Source: an uncultured Pseudomonadota bacterium
GTDB lineage: Bacteria; Oederibacteriota; Muellerivitia; Muellerivitales; Muellerivitaceae
Assembly: GCA_963770835.1 (NCBI GenBank)
Contig: CAVYRH010000003.1
Coordinates: 160,001 to 224,000 of the forward strand
Length of the DNA stretch: 64,000 nt
Direction: 5' to 3'
Shown piece after piece: positions 22,366 to 34,193 of the stretch. The notes beneath the pieces are model-generated. The model did no database searches and was not told the origin of the DNA. It saw nothing but the letters and a program-made list of their open reading frames with translations. The position numbers and the translations under genes were made by a program. How positions within the stretch are numbered: the first letter of the stretch is position 1; each line of letters starts with the position of its first letter.

Positions 22366-25300
22366 TTGGGGTTAATTGTCCTTTCTCTATTTGAAAGGTT
22401 TTTTCCTTTGAATCGATTTTTTCTCAGAAAAATCCTTATAACCGTCTTCGGGATCGTTTCGTTTCCGCCGGCCTTGGCCCCCCTTTGGGCCTTTACCAAT
22501 AACCCCCTTGCCAACGTAGTCATCGGATACACCACCTTCACCCAAAGGGAAAGGTACGGCTCGGACGTCCTAGCCGACACCCTTTGGAGACCGGACCAGA
22601 TTTTCACCGACGGGACCAGGCTTATCGTCGCGGATACCACCAACTCTCGGGTCCTGATCTTTAATTCCATTCCCGCCAGCCTCGACGACCCGGCGGATGT
22701 TGTTTTGGGCCAGTGCGACGTCAATACGGGGGGAGACAGCGACCAGGGGTTGACCGCAACCCAAACTAATTTGGCTGGCCCCAAGGGCGCTTATTACGAT
22801 GGCACCCACCTACTTATCGCCGATACGTCCAATAACCGTGTCCTGATCTACAACAGCCTCCCCGCTTCCAGCTTCACCCCCGCCGACGAAGTCCTGGGGC
22901 AAACCACCTTTACCGCCAGTTCGGTCAACCAAGGGCATGGCGCGACGGCAGGAAACGCCCTTTATCTTTCCTCGCCCCAAGGAGTTTACAGCACGGGCAC
23001 GACCATCTTTGTCGCGGATACCGGCAACAACCGGGTCTTGATATTTGATTCCTTCCCGTCCTCTAACGACCCTGCCGCTAACCTCGCACTTGGACAGACG
23101 AACCCCAACAACCGCACGGCCGGCAACGGACAGGCCAGCCTCTCGGCCCCGCGCGGCGTTTACAGCGACGGGGTCTCGGTTTATGTGGCCGATAGCGGCA
23201 ATAACCGGGTTCTGATCTACGGGACCTGGCCCACCGCGAACGGCCCCCTGGCCAGCGTGGAAGTGGGGCAGACGGGTTTTGGACTCGGCTTGGCCAACCA
23301 GGGCCTTGCCGCGCCAACCTCGCAAACCTTGAGCAATCCTAACCAGGCGTGGGTTGCGGGGGGGAACCTTTTCGTCGCCGACACCGGAAACAGCCGTGTC
23401 CTTATTTATAACGGAATTCCTACTGTCAACGAAGCCGGCGCGAACGTGGTCGTGGGCCAGGCGGATTTTATCTCCAACCAGCCCAACGGCGGTGGTTCGG
23501 CGGGAGCCACTGTTTTGAGTACTCCCTTGGGTGTGGCCAGCGATGGGACCCATTTGTTTATTCCCGATTACGGAAATAACCGCATGCTCGTGTTTGACAG
23601 TATTCCTGTCACCAACGGGGCCTCCGCCGACTTGGTGGAAGGCCAGGCCGATTTCACCAGCACCCTGCCCAACCGCAACGGCGGCAGCGCCAATGGCATG
23701 AACCTTATCGTTCCCTCGGGCACTTTCTACGACGGGACCAACCTTTTCCAGGCCGATTCGCTCGACGACAGGGTCTTCATCTACCACAGCCTTCCCGCCA
23801 CCAACGGCGCTTCCGCGGACGTTGTGGTCGGCCAAAGCAACTTCACCACCACCAATTCGGGCTCGGGGCCGGCCAGCCTGAACATTCCCTACGGGCTTTA
23901 CAGCGACGGGAGCAACCTTTTCGTGGGGGACCGCGTGAATAACCGGGTCCTGATCTTCAACCCCATTCCCACTTCCAACGGGGCCTCGGCGGCCTATGAA
24001 ATCGGCCAGCCGGATTTCAACGGGACGACCGCCAACCAGGGCGGCGCCCCCACCTCCCTCACGCTTTATTCCCCCTTCAGCATCGCGGAGAAGGCGGGAT
24101 GGGTTTTTGTGGCTGATGGCGGCAACAACCGCGTCTTGATGTATTACGGGGTTCCCTCGGCCAATGACGCGGGCGCCAGCCTGGTTTTGGGCCAGGCCAG
24201 CATGGGCGCCACCCTGGCGAACCAGGGAACCACCCCCTCGGCCTCCACCATGGACGAGCCGGTCTTCGTCAGTAGCGACGGGGTCCGTCTTTTGGTCACG
24301 GATGGGCTCAATAACCGGGTCCTTCTCTTCAATAACATTCCCGCGGCAAACGATACGCCGGCGGACGTGGTCATCGGCGAACCCGACATGGCCACCACCA
24401 CGACCAACCAGGGGCTCGGGCGCCCGACTGCCCAAACCCTGAACGGGCCGACGGGAGCCTGGCTGGATGAGGGGAGGATTTATATCGCGGATTACTCGAA
24501 CAACCGGGTGCTGGTTTACAACAGCATTCCCGTTACCAACAACGCCCCCGCCGACGCAGTGATCGGGCAGGCTTCCTTCAGCGCCAATGCTGCTAACGAA
24601 GGGGCCTGCGTGAACCAGGGGAGTTTCTTCGAGCCACTATCCGCTTTCTACGGGAGCGGGAAGCTTTTCGTGAACGACTGGTTCAACATGAGGGTGCTGG
24701 AGTTCAACGACCCCAACCCGCCCCCCACTTCGACGCCCACCGCCACTGCCACAAACACTCCCACCCCCACTCCAACCAACTCGACCACACCGACGGCTAC
24801 CAGCACCTCCACGGGAACGCCAACGGGAACTCCCACGGATACCGCCACAAATACGCCCAGCAATACCGCGACCAACACCCCAACCGATAGTCCCACGAAC
24901 ACCGTGACCGCCACTCCCAGTTACACAACTACGGGCACTTCAACCGGAACATCCACCGATACCGCCACTTTGACCCTTACCGGGACTTCCACCAGCACGG
25001 CGACCCTGACTCCGACAAGCACCCCCTCGGCTACGGCAACCCTGACCCCAACGGATACGCCCACCGGCACGCCGACCAATTCAGCCACAAGCACCCCTAC
25101 TAACACGGAAACCAAAACACCGACGGATACGCCGACGAATACGCCGACGGACACTTTGACCCCAACTTCAACCTTTACGCCGACGGATACGGCGACGCTT
25201 ACCCCCACGGGGACAGCTACAGCCACGGCCACCAGCACCCCGACGAACAGCGCCACTAGCACGCCAACGGGCACCCCGACAGACACAGCCACCAGCACGG

Positions 25301-26892
25301 CCACCGGGACTCCCACAGGCACGGCTACCCTTACTCCGACAAGCACTTCCACGGCTTCGGCGACCCTGACACCCACCCTTACCCCCACCGCCACGGCCAG
25401 CTTCACTCCAACTCAAACTTTGACCAACAGCCCAAGCTTCACCCCGACGGCCACACCTAGCCTCTCCCCAACCTCAACCACCACCTCCACTACTACCATC
25501 ACCCCCACGGCCACCGCGACCCTTTCGGCCACCAGCACGGCCTCGGTGACACCGACCGGAACCCCCACCGCCACCTTCATCTTCAGCGCCACCAATACCC
25601 CCACCCTCACGCCTTCGGGCACACCCACGCTTACGGCCACCGGAACCCCCACGGGAACACCCACTTTGAGCCCCACCGCGACCCCGAGCGCGACGGCGAC
25701 GTTCACGCCCACCCTCACTCCCACGGCGACGGCCAGCTCGACTCCCACTTCCACCAGCACCCTCAGCCCCACGGCCACCCCGACCCTTACTGCCAGTTCC
25801 ACGCCCACCGGCACCACCACCCCGACTGAAAGCTTAACGGACACCCTCTCACCCACTTCAACGGCGACTCAAACTTCCAGTTTCACGGCCACCTTGAGCC
25901 CCACCGCGACCCCGAGCGCGACGGCGACGTTCACGTCCAGCCTCACTCCCACGGCGACGGCCAGCCCGACCCCCACTTTCACCTGCACGTCCAGTCCCAC
26001 GGCCACCGCCACCCTTTCGGCCACCCGCACCCCCTCGGTGACACCGACCGGAACCCCCACCGCCACCTTTATCTTCAGCGCCACCAACACCGCGACGTTT
26101 ACGCCTTCGGGAACGGCCACGCTTACGGCCACCGGAACCGCGACCTCCACTCAAACCCTGAGCCCGACGGGTTCCTCCACGCTCACCCCCACGCCGACAG
26201 CGTCCCTTACCCCTTCCGCTACGCCTTCGTCCACGGCCAGCGGTACGCCGACCAATACATTGACGGCTTCACCGTCAAGTACTGCTTCGCGGACGGCCAC
26301 TTCTACGTTGACGGCTACGCCGTCAAGTACTCCTTCGGGCACCCCGACCTTGACGGCCACCAAGACGCCCAGTTCCACACCCACCCTGTCGCCGACGCCT
26401 TCCGCGACGCCGACAGGAACGCCTTCTTCCACGCCCACCGCTTCGACCACCTCAAGCCCCACCCGGACGGCCACCCAGAGCCCCACGGGGACCCCCGGCA
26501 ATACCGCCACCCCGGCGCCCTCGGCCACGCCCAGCCCCATTCCCACCGTCACCTCCACGCCAACCATCACTCCTACCGGAGGCCCCACGGCTACTCCCAC
26601 CCCGGGGGCGATCCTGGTCCTGGGGGCCAACGAGTTCGATGAAATCTCCGGCCCGCCATTGCCCATCTACTATGAGGTCCCGCAGGAAGGGGAAGTGCAG
26701 GTCCGGATCTATAGCCTCGTCGGCTGGCCCATCCGCCATTTGGTGGATGCCCCCCTGTCCGCCGGCGCCGGCACGGCTTATTGGAACGGAAAAGACGACA
26801 CCGGGGCACTGGTGGCCTCCGGCCTCTACCTGGTGGTCCTCACCGAGCCCGGGGCCAAGGAGATCCGGAAGGTGCTTGCCCTGGAGAAATGA
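22366..26892 (+). CDS. Giant secreted NHL-repeat protein with ~620-aa Thr/Pro/Ser linker and C-terminal FlgD-Ig-like domain
   Basis: Same NHL repeat as the upstream paralog; C-terminus [19 protein letters not shown]; start uncertain. Confidence 0.8.
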   Translation: MGLIVLSLFERFFPLNRFFLRKILITVFGIVSFPPALAPLWAFTNNPLANVVIGYTTFTQRERYGSDVLADTLWRPDQIFTDGTRLIVADTTNSRVLIFNSIPASLDDPADVVLGQCDVNTGGDSDQGLTATQTNLAGPKGAYYDGTHLLIADTSNNRVLIYNSLPASSFTPADEVLGQTTFTASSVNQGHGATAGNALYLSSPQGVYSTGTTIFVADTGNNRVLIFDSFPSSNDPAANLALGQTNPNNRTAGNGQASLSAPRGVYSDGVSVYVADSGNNRVLIYGTWPTANGPLASVEVGQTGFGLGLANQGLAAPTSQTLSNPNQAWVAGGNLFVADTGNSRVLIYNGIPTVNEAGANVVVGQADFISNQPNGGGSAGATVLSTPLGVASDGTHLFIPDYGNNRMLVFDSIPVTNGASADLVEGQADFTSTLPNRNGGSANGMNLIVPSGTFYDGTNLFQADSLDDRVFIYHSLPATNGASADVVVGQSNFTTTNSGSGPASLNIPYGLYSDGSNLFVGDRVNNRVLIFNPIPTSNGASAAYEIGQPDFNGTTANQGGAPTSLTLYSPFSIAEKAGWVFVADGGNNRVLMYYGVPSANDAGASLVLGQASMGATLANQGTTPSASTMDEPVFVSSDGVRLLVTDGLNNRVLLFNNIPAANDTPADVVIGEPDMATTTTNQGLGRPTAQTLNGPTGAWLDEGRIYIADYSNNRVLVYNSIPVTNNAPADAVIGQASFSANAANEGACVNQGSFFEPLSAFYGSGKLFVNDWFNMRVLEFNDPNPPPTSTPTATATNTPTPTPTNSTTPTATSTSTGTPTGTPTDTATNTPSNTATNTPTDSPTNTVTATPSYTTTGTSTGTSTDTATLTLTGTSTSTATLTPTSTPSATATLTPTDTPTGTPTNSATSTPTNTETKTPTDTPTNTPTDTLTPTSTFTPTDTATLTPTGTATATATSTPTNSATSTPTGTPTDTATSTATGTPTGTATLTPTSTSTASATLTPTLTPTATASFTPTQTLTNSPSFTPTATPSLSPTSTTTSTTTITPTATATLSATSTASVTPTGTPTATFIFSATNTPTLTPSGTPTLTATGTPTGTPTLSPTATPSATATFTPTLTPTATASSTPTSTSTLSPTATPTLTASSTPTGTTTPTESLTDTLSPTSTATQTSSFTATLSPTATPSATATFTSSLTPTATASPTPTFTCTSSPTATATLSATRTPSVTPTGTPTATFIFSATNTATFTPSGTATLTATGTATSTQTLSPTGSSTLTPTPTASLTPSATPSSTASGTPTNTLTASPSSTASRTATSTLTATPSSTPSGTPTLTATKTPSSTPTLSPTPSATPTGTPSSTPTASTTSSPTRTATQSPTGTPGNTATPAPSATPSPIPTVTSTPTITPTGGPTATPTPGAILVLGANEFDEISGPPLPIYYEVPQEGEVQVRIYSLVGWPIRHLVDAPLSAGAGTAYWNGKDDTGALVASGLYLVVLTEPGAKEIRKVLALEK

Positions 26893-27037
26893 ACCGCCTT
26901 CAAGCTTATACGGACAGTTTGAAAGCCCTCCGCCTGTCCCCCAAAGCGCTCCTTTTTTGTCCCCACGGGGGGCGCCCTTCCACCCCGGGGGCCAAAAGCC
27001 ATTGTGGGGGCCCCCCGGGGGTGATAAGATATGGCCC

Positions 27038-28231
27038 ATGTTTCGGTTAACCCGGAAATACTTCACCTTAACCCTACTGATTTCGGGACTCCTCACCGCT
27101 ACGGCTAAAGCCGAGAACCGCGGCGACCAAATCAGCTTGAGCCTGGACGCCCTGGGCCAGGGAATCTTTTTCCAAACTCCCACGGAAACCTCTTCTTACG
27201 GCGGTTTCGGCGGACAGGTCTTCCTCGATTGGCGCCCCTACCGGGTCATTTCCCTCGGCTTCGGCGGGCAGTATGCCTATTACCCCATGACGTCCAGCTT
27301 CCGACTCACTTCCTTCGACTTGGGTGGCCGCATTTTCCCGGCGGGCGCCTTCTCGCCCCAGGGGGAGTTTTATCTCCAGGGCGGGGTGGGCCGGATGCTG
27401 ATCATCAACCCCGGCAATTACCCCGGCCATTACCACGGCTACGCGGGGCTCGGTTGGCGCCAGTTTTTGGGAGGGGACATGGCCCTGGACCTGGGCGGCC
27501 AATACGATTTCTTTTCTCCCATCGGCTTGCCCCTCAACGGGGCCTCGGCCAAGCTGGGATTGACTTTCCTTTTCGGGAGGGACGACTGGTCCGAACCCAA
27601 AGCCTCCCGCATGATGCGGCCCCGCACCCTTTCCATCGGCGCCGATTGGCGCGGGCCTTCCACTTTCACTTGGACCAAGGAAAAGGACCTGCGCACCGTG
27701 GCCTTCGAGGTTTACGGGGATGAGGGCCTTTACCCCCTCATCGTGGACGCCAACAAGGACCTGATCGCCCGGGCGGGTTTGAGGCCGGGGGAGGTCTTGA
27801 ACATTCCTCCGCCGCCCAAGACCGCCGGGGAAGTCGACCGCGTCGAGGATTTAGCCTTCAGCAATTACCGTTATATGGAGTGGGAGCAAAAGAGCGAGGG
27901 CATCATTCCCCAGCCCTTCAACCCCGGCGTCACCACTTACCGTTGGAAAGAAAAAGACAACCTAGCCTCCCTGGCCCAAAGGCTTTACGGCGACGAGGAC
28001 CTTTATCCGCTGATCGTGCAGGCCAACGAGGACCGGCTCATCCGGCCCGACAACTTGGTGGCGGGAAAAGTCCTCAAGATCCCGCGCCTTCCCGCGGATA
28101 ACCTCTTGGATGGCGTCCGGGACGAAGCCCTGAACGACCCCCATTACCTCTGGTGGCGCAATGTCAGTATGGAAGAAAAAGAAGACATCGTTCCCATGCA
28201 CATGCAGGCCCCCGCCGACGACGAACCCTGA
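27038..28231 (+). CDS. Outer-membrane beta-barrel-like protein with two C-terminal LysM-like domains
   Basis: Signal peptide; alternating Gly/aromatic strands; two YGDE.LYPLIV.AN...G.VL.IP repeats. Confidence 0.7.
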   Translation: MFRLTRKYFTLTLLISGLLTATAKAENRGDQISLSLDALGQGIFFQTPTETSSYGGFGGQVFLDWRPYRVISLGFGGQYAYYPMTSSFRLTSFDLGGRIFPAGAFSPQGEFYLQGGVGRMLIINPGNYPGHYHGYAGLGWRQFLGGDMALDLGGQYDFFSPIGLPLNGASAKLGLTFLFGRDDWSEPKASRMMRPRTLSIGADWRGPSTFTWTKEKDLRTVAFEVYGDEGLYPLIVDANKDLIARAGLRPGEVLNIPPPPKTAGEVDRVEDLAFSNYRYMEWEQKSEGIIPQPFNPGVTTYRWKEKDNLASLAQRLYGDEDLYPLIVQANEDRLIRPDNLVAGKVLKIPRLPADNLLDGVRDEALNDPHYLWWRNVSMEEKEDIVPMHMQAPADDEP

Positions 28232-28303
28232 TTTAAAGGGGAGCCAAATCCTCGCCTGCCAGCCGGTTTTTCAACCCTCATGAGATGTCCCTTTTGAGAA
28301 AAA

Positions 28304-28392
28304 CACCCCTCACCCTACCCTCTCCCGCAAGGGGCGAGGGTTTCCGCGATATTTGCCCCTCTCCCTTGACGGGAGAGGGCGGGGTGAGGGTG
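28304..28392. repeat. REP-like double palindrome (CCCTCACCC..CCCTCTCCC..GGGAGAGGG family)
   Basis: Related copies at 33712, 50345, 54013 and 60215. Confidence 0.85.
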
Positions 28393-28407
28393 ATGAAGGA
28401 GCCCGTT

Positions 28408-29118
28408 GTGAGTAATAAATTTCTTTGGTTGCCGGCCCTCCTGCTGTTGGCGTTTTTTATTTCCTCCGCCCGGGCCGACGAAAACGACCAGCAGTTCAGC
28501 GTGAACCTCGACTTGCTCGTCTCCGGGGCTTTCTCCTCCGCCCCCGGCCCGGGCTTGGCGGGCGGTTTGGGGGCGGCGGCCTTCGGGGATTGGCGCCCCG
28601 TTCCCTTTCTCTCCCTGGGGACGGGCCTGGACTTCGCCGAATATCCCGGAGGGAACTGGCAGACCTCCTCCTGGAGCCTGGGCGGCCGCCTGTTTCCCCT
28701 GCCCATGGAAAAAACCGGGGAATGGTACCTCCAGGGAACGGGGGGGCTGGACTTCATCACCCAAAGCCTGGACAAGCGTTGGCCGGGGAACGGGCACTTG
28801 ACCGCAGGCGTTGGCTACCGGCTTTTCCAGGGCCCAGGGACCGCCCTGGACCTGGGAGTCCAGTACGATTTCTTCACCCCCGCCCACATGCCGCTGGAGG
28901 CCCTGGGCCTGAAGGTGGGCTGGACCTGGCTTTTTGGCAAGGTACCCACCCCGCCTCCCACGGTTTGGACCTCGCCCCTCCTCTCAGCGCCGGCAACGGT
29001 TGAATCGGCCCCGGTGACGGCGCCTTCGGAACCGGTTTCCGCGGCCAAAAAGAAGTCAAAAAAACACAGGCCACCCACTCCCACCCCCACGCCGGGAGAC
29101 CCTTACCTATTTCCCTAA
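28408..29118 (+). CDS. Outer-membrane beta-barrel-like protein, paralog of the 27038 barrel, with a Pro/Lys-rich tail
   Basis: AAGGAG RBS before GTG; shares DWRP, LGGR.FP, GE.YLQG and ALDLG.QYDFF.P with the upstream gene. Confidence 0.7.
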   Translation: MSNKFLWLPALLLLAFFISSARADENDQQFSVNLDLLVSGAFSSAPGPGLAGGLGAAAFGDWRPVPFLSLGTGLDFAEYPGGNWQTSSWSLGGRLFPLPMEKTGEWYLQGTGGLDFITQSLDKRWPGNGHLTAGVGYRLFQGPGTALDLGVQYDFFTPAHMPLEALGLKVGWTWLFGKVPTPPPTVWTSPLLSAPATVESAPVTAPSEPVSAAKKKSKKHRPPTPTPTPGDPYLFP

Positions 29119-29203
29119 CGTCGACGGGGTCGGAGTTTTCCGGGCCCAAAAATTTGAAAACTATTCATCCTTTTAAAAGGTTTAAGCGATAAAATAGCTA
29201 TCC

Positions 29204-29944
29204 ATGAACGCCTTGTCGAACGCCCATCCACACCTACCGCGCTTGCTGGCCGGTTTTTTGGCTCTCTTGATCGCCATTCCCCCGACCCTTTGCTGGGCGG
29301 ATTCCTCCGCTTCGACTCCTTCCCCCAAGGGTGTAAATAACTATCCCACGCTGGTCATCGGCCCGGGCGATCTCCTGACCATTTTCGTTTACGGCGAAAA
29401 CGGGCTGGTGGGCTCGGGTGGGGGGGCGGGAGCCCTGGACCAATTGCCCACGGACTACCAGGTGGACTCCGACGGCGTCATCGTGTTTCCTTTCCTGGGC
29501 CGCGTGAAGCTCACGGGCCTCACGCCGGTGGAAGCCAGCGAGAAGATCGCCGGGCTTTTGTCGAAGCCCCGCAAGGTCTCGGTGCTGGTGAAGGCCTCCA
29601 CCACCTTTTGGGTTTCGGTATTGGGGAATGTCAGCAAACCGGGGAAGTACCAAATCCAGGGGCGGCCCACTTTGCTTTCGGCCTTGGGCGAGGCCGGCGG
29701 ACCCCTGCCCGACACGGACATGGGAGGGGCCATCCTGCTGCATGGGAAGGCGAAGACCAGGGTGGATTTGGACAAGTACTTGAGGGATACGGGGGTTGAG
29801 GTGGATGACCCTTACCTTTACCCGGGCGATACGCTTTTGGTGCAAAAAAGCGCCTGGCCCTCGATCAGCGACTGGGCCATCATTGCCAGCATCCTGGCCA
29901 GCGGGGCCATCATCACCGTGGAATTGAGCACCCTCCACCACTAA
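29204..29944 (+). CDS. wza: Polysaccharide export protein (Poly_export plus SLBB, Wza-like)
   Basis: IGPGDLLTIFVYG, VDSDGVIVFPFLGRV, VLGNVSKPG, ALGEAGG, LYPGDTLLV. Confidence 0.88.
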   Translation: MNALSNAHPHLPRLLAGFLALLIAIPPTLCWADSSASTPSPKGVNNYPTLVIGPGDLLTIFVYGENGLVGSGGGAGALDQLPTDYQVDSDGVIVFPFLGRVKLTGLTPVEASEKIAGLLSKPRKVSVLVKASTTFWVSVLGNVSKPGKYQIQGRPTLLSALGEAGGPLPDTDMGGAILLHGKAKTRVDLDKYLRDTGVEVDDPYLYPGDTLLVQKSAWPSISDWAIIASILASGAIITVELSTLHH

Positions 29945-29964
29945 CGCAAGCGGAACGGAAGATT

Positions 29965-31666
29965 ATGGAAGCGAACCTTACAACCCAAAGCGAACCCAAT
30001 TACCAAGGCGCCCCCAATGGCGGCGAGGAAGACCTGAACCTGCAGGACCTGGCCCGCGTGGCCCTTTCCCACCGGCGGTTCATCGGCCTGGTGTCGCTGG
30101 CTTTCCTGGCGATGGGGATCGCCTACGCCTTCCTCTGGCCCAAGACCTACGAGGCCACCACCACCGTCAAGGTGCCGGATATGTCCCAGACCGCCCAGGG
30201 CATGCTGCGCCAACTGGTGCCCATGAGCGGCAGCGGCGACCCCATCGAGACCTACGTGGAAATCTGCCAGTCCCAGTCGGTGGCCCAGCAGGTCGCCCAA
30301 GCCCTCAAGCTTTCCGCCCAGCCCGAGTACGCGGACCTGACGGACCAGGAGACCGCGAAAAAACTCCTGAAGGGCACGGTCAAGGTCACCAACGTGAAGA
30401 CTTCCAATATCCTGTCCATCGCGGCCAAGTCCAACAATCCCCAGCTGGCCACCGACATCGCCAACGCCTGGGCCCAGGCCTTCATCCAGGTCAACCTGGA
30501 CCTCTCCCACAAGGGCGCCGAGTCGAAGAGGGAATTCCTCGAGGGCCAGGCGGCGGAAATGAAACAAAGGCTCACCAACCCGGACCTGCGCCTGAACGAC
30601 GAATCCAAGGCCGACGAGCTCATCTATGCCCAGCTCCTGCAGGACCTCCAACAGGCCCAGATCGAGGAAAAGGTCAACGACGCGGGCATCGTGGTGGTGG
30701 ACAAGGCCTCGGTGCCGGAAAAACCCATTTCCCCCAAAAAGTTGCTTTCCCTGGTTCTCTGCCTGTTGTTGGGCCTGTTCGCCGGTGTCCAAGGCGCTTT
30801 CCTTTTGGAGAAGTTCCAGGACCGGGTCAAGAACGAGGAACTGCTGAAACAAGTGACGGGTCTTTCTAATTTCGCCGTGGTGCCGGACTTCCGGGAGGAT
30901 TATCCCGAGGGCATGAACCTTCCCAGCCACTGAGCGGTTCAACCCCAAGTTCCTCATCCATAACCCCGTCTTCCAACACGCCTTCTACCGGGAAAGCTTC
31001 AACGTCCTGCGCACCAACCTCACCTTCGCGCAGGCGGGCAATCCCTTGAAGGCCCTGGGGGTGCTTTCGCCGGGCCCCGATGAAGGCAAGACCCTGGTGA
31101 ACGCCAACCTGGCCATCGCCCTATCCCATGGGGGCAAGAAAACCCTGCTGGTGGATACGGATTTCCGAAAATCCTCGGTGCGAAAGGCCTTCGGGCTGGA
31201 AAACGGCATGGAAACCGGCCTGCCCCTGGCCCTCACCGGCCAAAAGCCCTGGAAGGAGATGCTGCGCCCCTCGGGCGTGGAAAACCTGGACCTCCTTCCC
31301 AACACCGTGACGCCGCCCAATCCGGCGGAGCTTTTGGGCAGCGAAACCATGAAAAAGCTCATCGGGGAAATGAAGGCCGCCTACGACTTCGTGGTCTTCG
31401 ACGGCGCGCCCCTTTTGGCCGTGACGGACTCGGTGGTTCTTTCGACCCTCCTGGACGGCGTGGTGCTGATGGCCTGTTTCAACCAAACCCGCTCCTCCAA
31501 TATCCACCGGGCCCTGGAACAACTGCGCCGGGTGGGCGCCCATGTGGTGGGCACGGTCCTCAATTACGTCCCCGTGAAACAAGGGTTTTACGGTTACGGC
31601 TATGGATATGGCTACGGCCATTACCGTTATGATTCGGAACCTTCCGAGGAAAAAGTAAAGAAGTGA
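29965..31666 (+). CDS. wzc: Polysaccharide co-polymerase/BY-kinase (Wzc-like); frameshift at ~30925
   Basis: Wzz N-terminal TM, P..PISP motif, ESFNVLRTNL after the shift, PDEGKT Walker A, DTDFR, DGAP, Tyr-rich tail. Confidence 0.88.
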
Positions 31667-31674
31667 GGGTCCAG

Positions 31675-32018
31675 ATGGCGTCCACGACTGAAAAAAATCC
31701 ACCAAAACAAGCATCGGAAAACTCCTCAAAAATAAACGGGGAAAGATCCTGGAACTCGCCCGCCTGCACGGCGCCAGTGAAATAAAGGTGTTCGGTTCCG
31801 TGGCCCGTGGGGAGGCGGACGATCAAAGTGACGTGGATTTCCTGGTCCGCATGGAACCCGGGCGATCCCTGTTCGATATGGGCGGACTTTTGATGGATTT
31901 GGAACATCTCTTGGGCCGTCCGGTGGACGTGGTGACCGAGAACGGACTTCGGGACCGGATCAAGGAAAGGGTCCTCCGGGAGGCCGTGCCGCTGTCAAAA
32001 ATCCCGGAAAAAGGTTAA
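31675..32018 (+). CDS. Minimal nucleotidyltransferase (MNT antitoxin-like), frameshifted in an A7 run; no HEPN partner
   Basis: VFGSVARGEADDQSDVDFLV, LEHLLGRPVDVVT; one extra A at 31691-31697 joins ATG 31675 to the domain. Confidence 0.8.
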
Positions 32019-32021
32019 TCC

Positions 32022-33622
32022 ATGAAAACATTCGATCTGCAATTTATTTTCCTGGCGGCCCTGGTCTTCTCGCTGGTCCTCACCCCGCTTTTCACCCATT
32101 TGGCCCGCCGCCTTCGCATCGTGGACCGCCCCGCCCACCGCAAGACCCACAAGGAGCCCGTTTCCTTCCTCGGGGGCGTCGCTGTCTTTTTGGCTTTTAT
32201 CCCGGCCCTGCTCCTGACCTTGTTTTTTTCCAAGGACTTGAATTATTTACTCACCTTTCACGGCTTGGCGAAGGCCTTCGTCATCCTCTCCGCCTCCTTG
32301 GGGGTGGGCCTGGTCGGGCTTTGGGACGACATCCGCAACCTGAGGCCCCGCTACAAACTGATGGGGCAGCTGGTTTTCGCCCTGGCTTTCGCCTTTTTCG
32401 GTTTTCATTTCGAGGTCCTTCACCTGCCGGGCCTTCCCCCCGTTCACTTGGGGCTCCTGGCCGTCCCCCTGACTGTTTTCTGGCTCCTCTCGGTGGTCAA
32501 CGCCTTCAACCTGGTGGACGGACTGGACGGCCTGGCCACTACGGTCGCCGCGGGTTCCCTCGACCCTCCTGGCCGGGGCCGCCGCCATCGTGGGGAACAG
32601 CATGGAATTGGTTTTGGCCGTGGGCGCCCTGGGGGCGGTCCTGGGCTTCCTGCCCTTCAACTGGAGGCCCGCCAGCATCTACCTGGGCGACGCGGGTTCG
32701 GGCGGCCTGGGGATGTTCTTGGCCTGCTCCCTCGTGGCCCTGGGCCAAAGCTACGGCCAGGCCCCTGCCGGGGCCGAGTCAATATTTCGGGCAGCCATTC
32801 TTTTACCAGGTTTTTATCGCGACCCTGCTGGTGGCCTATCCGGCGCTGGAAATCTCCCTGTCGGTGGCCCGGCGGCTTTTGCACGGGCGCTCCATCGCCA
32901 GCGCGGACCGGGGGCATATCCACCACCGCCTCTTGAAAGCCGGCTGGAAGGCCCAAGGCATCTGTTTGACCGCCCTGGGGCTGACTTTCCTGCCGGGCCT
33001 GGCCGCCTTGACCACCCTTGCCCACTACCACGGTTGGGCCACCTGGTTTTTGGTGGCCACCGGCCTCCTTTTGGGTTTCGGCCTTTCCGCCCTGGGCTTC
33101 TTCGACTTTTTACAGCCCCATGTGCTGGAACGCCTGAGGCCCCATTACCAGATCGCCCACCATTTCACTTCCATGCAAAAGGTCAAGCTCGGCCTGGCCA
33201 CCAACCGGGAGGATGTGCTGACCCTGGTCAACCAAACCTGCCAGGAATTAGGGGTGAAGGGCTACCGGATGATCGTGCGGGCGGACGAGCATGGTAAAGG
33301 GGGGCTGGACTACACCCTCTCCTTCGACCCAACCCGCATTGCCGAGGAGGGGGTATCCTACGGCCCCGTGGACCAGGTGCGCCTGTCGGGCGGTTTGGGC
33401 GGGGCCGAGTGGGTGTTCGAGCCCCAATTGATCGAGGAAGAACTGGACATCGAATATAGGGTTCTTTTGAATGACTTCATGCGGGAAGCCCTGGAAACCG
33501 CCGCCAAATTGGGCCGCCACCAGGCCACCCTGGAACTGCCCAGTGTCATCGCCTTTCCCCAGGGCCGGGTGAGCGGGCACGCGTTGCGGAAATCCCATGG
33601 GCGGAACAATCCCAATCGGTGA
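32022..33622 (+). CDS. wecA: Undecaprenyl-phosphate GlcNAc-1-P transferase (WecA/MraY family) with C-terminal extension; two frameshifts (~32560, ~32780)
   Basis: GLWDD, NAFNLVDGLDGLA, FNWRPASIYLGDAGS and ADRGHIHHRL motifs in three frames. Confidence 0.85.
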
Positions 33623-33711
33623 AGAACCCAGGCCGCTAAAACCCAAGCGGTGAAAAAAATATGGAACTATGCACATGACATTTTAAAAACCCAGTGTTTC
33701 TCAGTTGTCGT

Positions 33712-33804
33712 CCCCTTCTCCCTTGAGGGGAGAAGGTTGGGATGAGGGTGGTTTTGATGGCAAAAGGCACCCCTCACCCTGCCCTCTCCCCCAAGGGGAA
33801 AGGG
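33712..33804. repeat. REP-like double palindrome, halves in opposite order to 28304
   Basis: ccccttctcccttgaggggagaagg...gagggtg followed by cacccctcaccctgccctctcccccaaggggaaaggg. Confidence 0.8.
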
Positions 33805-33879
33805 ATTATGTTTTGCCTGTATGTCAGGTAGATAGTTCCGAAAAAATATTTGTAGTCCTTCCGAGCGCTAAAAAACAAC

Positions 33880-33916
33880 TTGTCTTTGGCATTAACCGTT
33901 ATACAATCCTTGTATA
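33880..33916 (+). promoter_or_regulatory. Putative sigma70 promoter overlapped by a palindromic operator
   Basis: TTGTCT-16-TACAAT; TATACAA-tcc-TTGTATA upstream of the RHH antitoxin. Confidence 0.6.
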
Positions 33917-33947
33917 GGTACATTTTGCCTTTGAAGGGGGGCTCTCC

Positions 33948-34193
33948 ATGAAAACTTCGACCATCAACCTATCCATACCCAGGGATCTCCTGGAAAAAGC
34001 GGACCGGGAAGCGAAGAAGGAATCCCGGAGCCGGTCCGAATTGATGCGCGAGGCCCTGCGGGCCTACATCGAGAGGCAAGCCCGATGGGAAAGAATCACC
34101 ACTTACTCCGACGCCCAGGTTGAGAAGATGGGCCTTGCCCCCGGGGATGTCGAAGCGATCATCCAGGAGGACCGGAAAGCGCGGCAACGGTGA
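33948..34193 (+). CDS. Ribbon-helix-helix (CopG-type) antitoxin
   Basis: INLSIP..LL...D..A.....SRSELMREALR; overlaps the PIN gene. Confidence 0.85.
   Translation: MKTSTINLSIPRDLLEKADREAKKESRSRSELMREALRAYIERQARWERITTYSDAQVEKMGLAPGDVEAIIQEDRKARQR

Noticed and set aside
22810..24435. Long antisense ORFs (also the Val/Gly/Ala-rich minus-strand ORFs over the linkers and over carB)
   Set aside because: Shadows of GC-rich sense genes with no independent motifs.
19990..26600. CRISPR-like or non-coding repeat arrays in the ACC/CCG-rich tracts
   Set aside because: They are coding Thr/Pro linkers with variable third positions; there is no constant repeat-spacer pattern and no cas genes.
26639..27037. 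N-terminal extensions in the ORF track (also 28285-28407, 13725-13859, 54126-54200)
   Set aside because: They overlap upstream genes, terminators or repeats; downstream starts have better RBS or signal peptides.
33599..33653. Possible degenerate duplicate of the wecA 3' end (gggcggaacaatcccaatcggtga vs ggccgctaaaacccaagcggtga)
   Set aside because: Too short and degenerate to separate from chance; worth rechecking if the gene-end pattern is confirmed.
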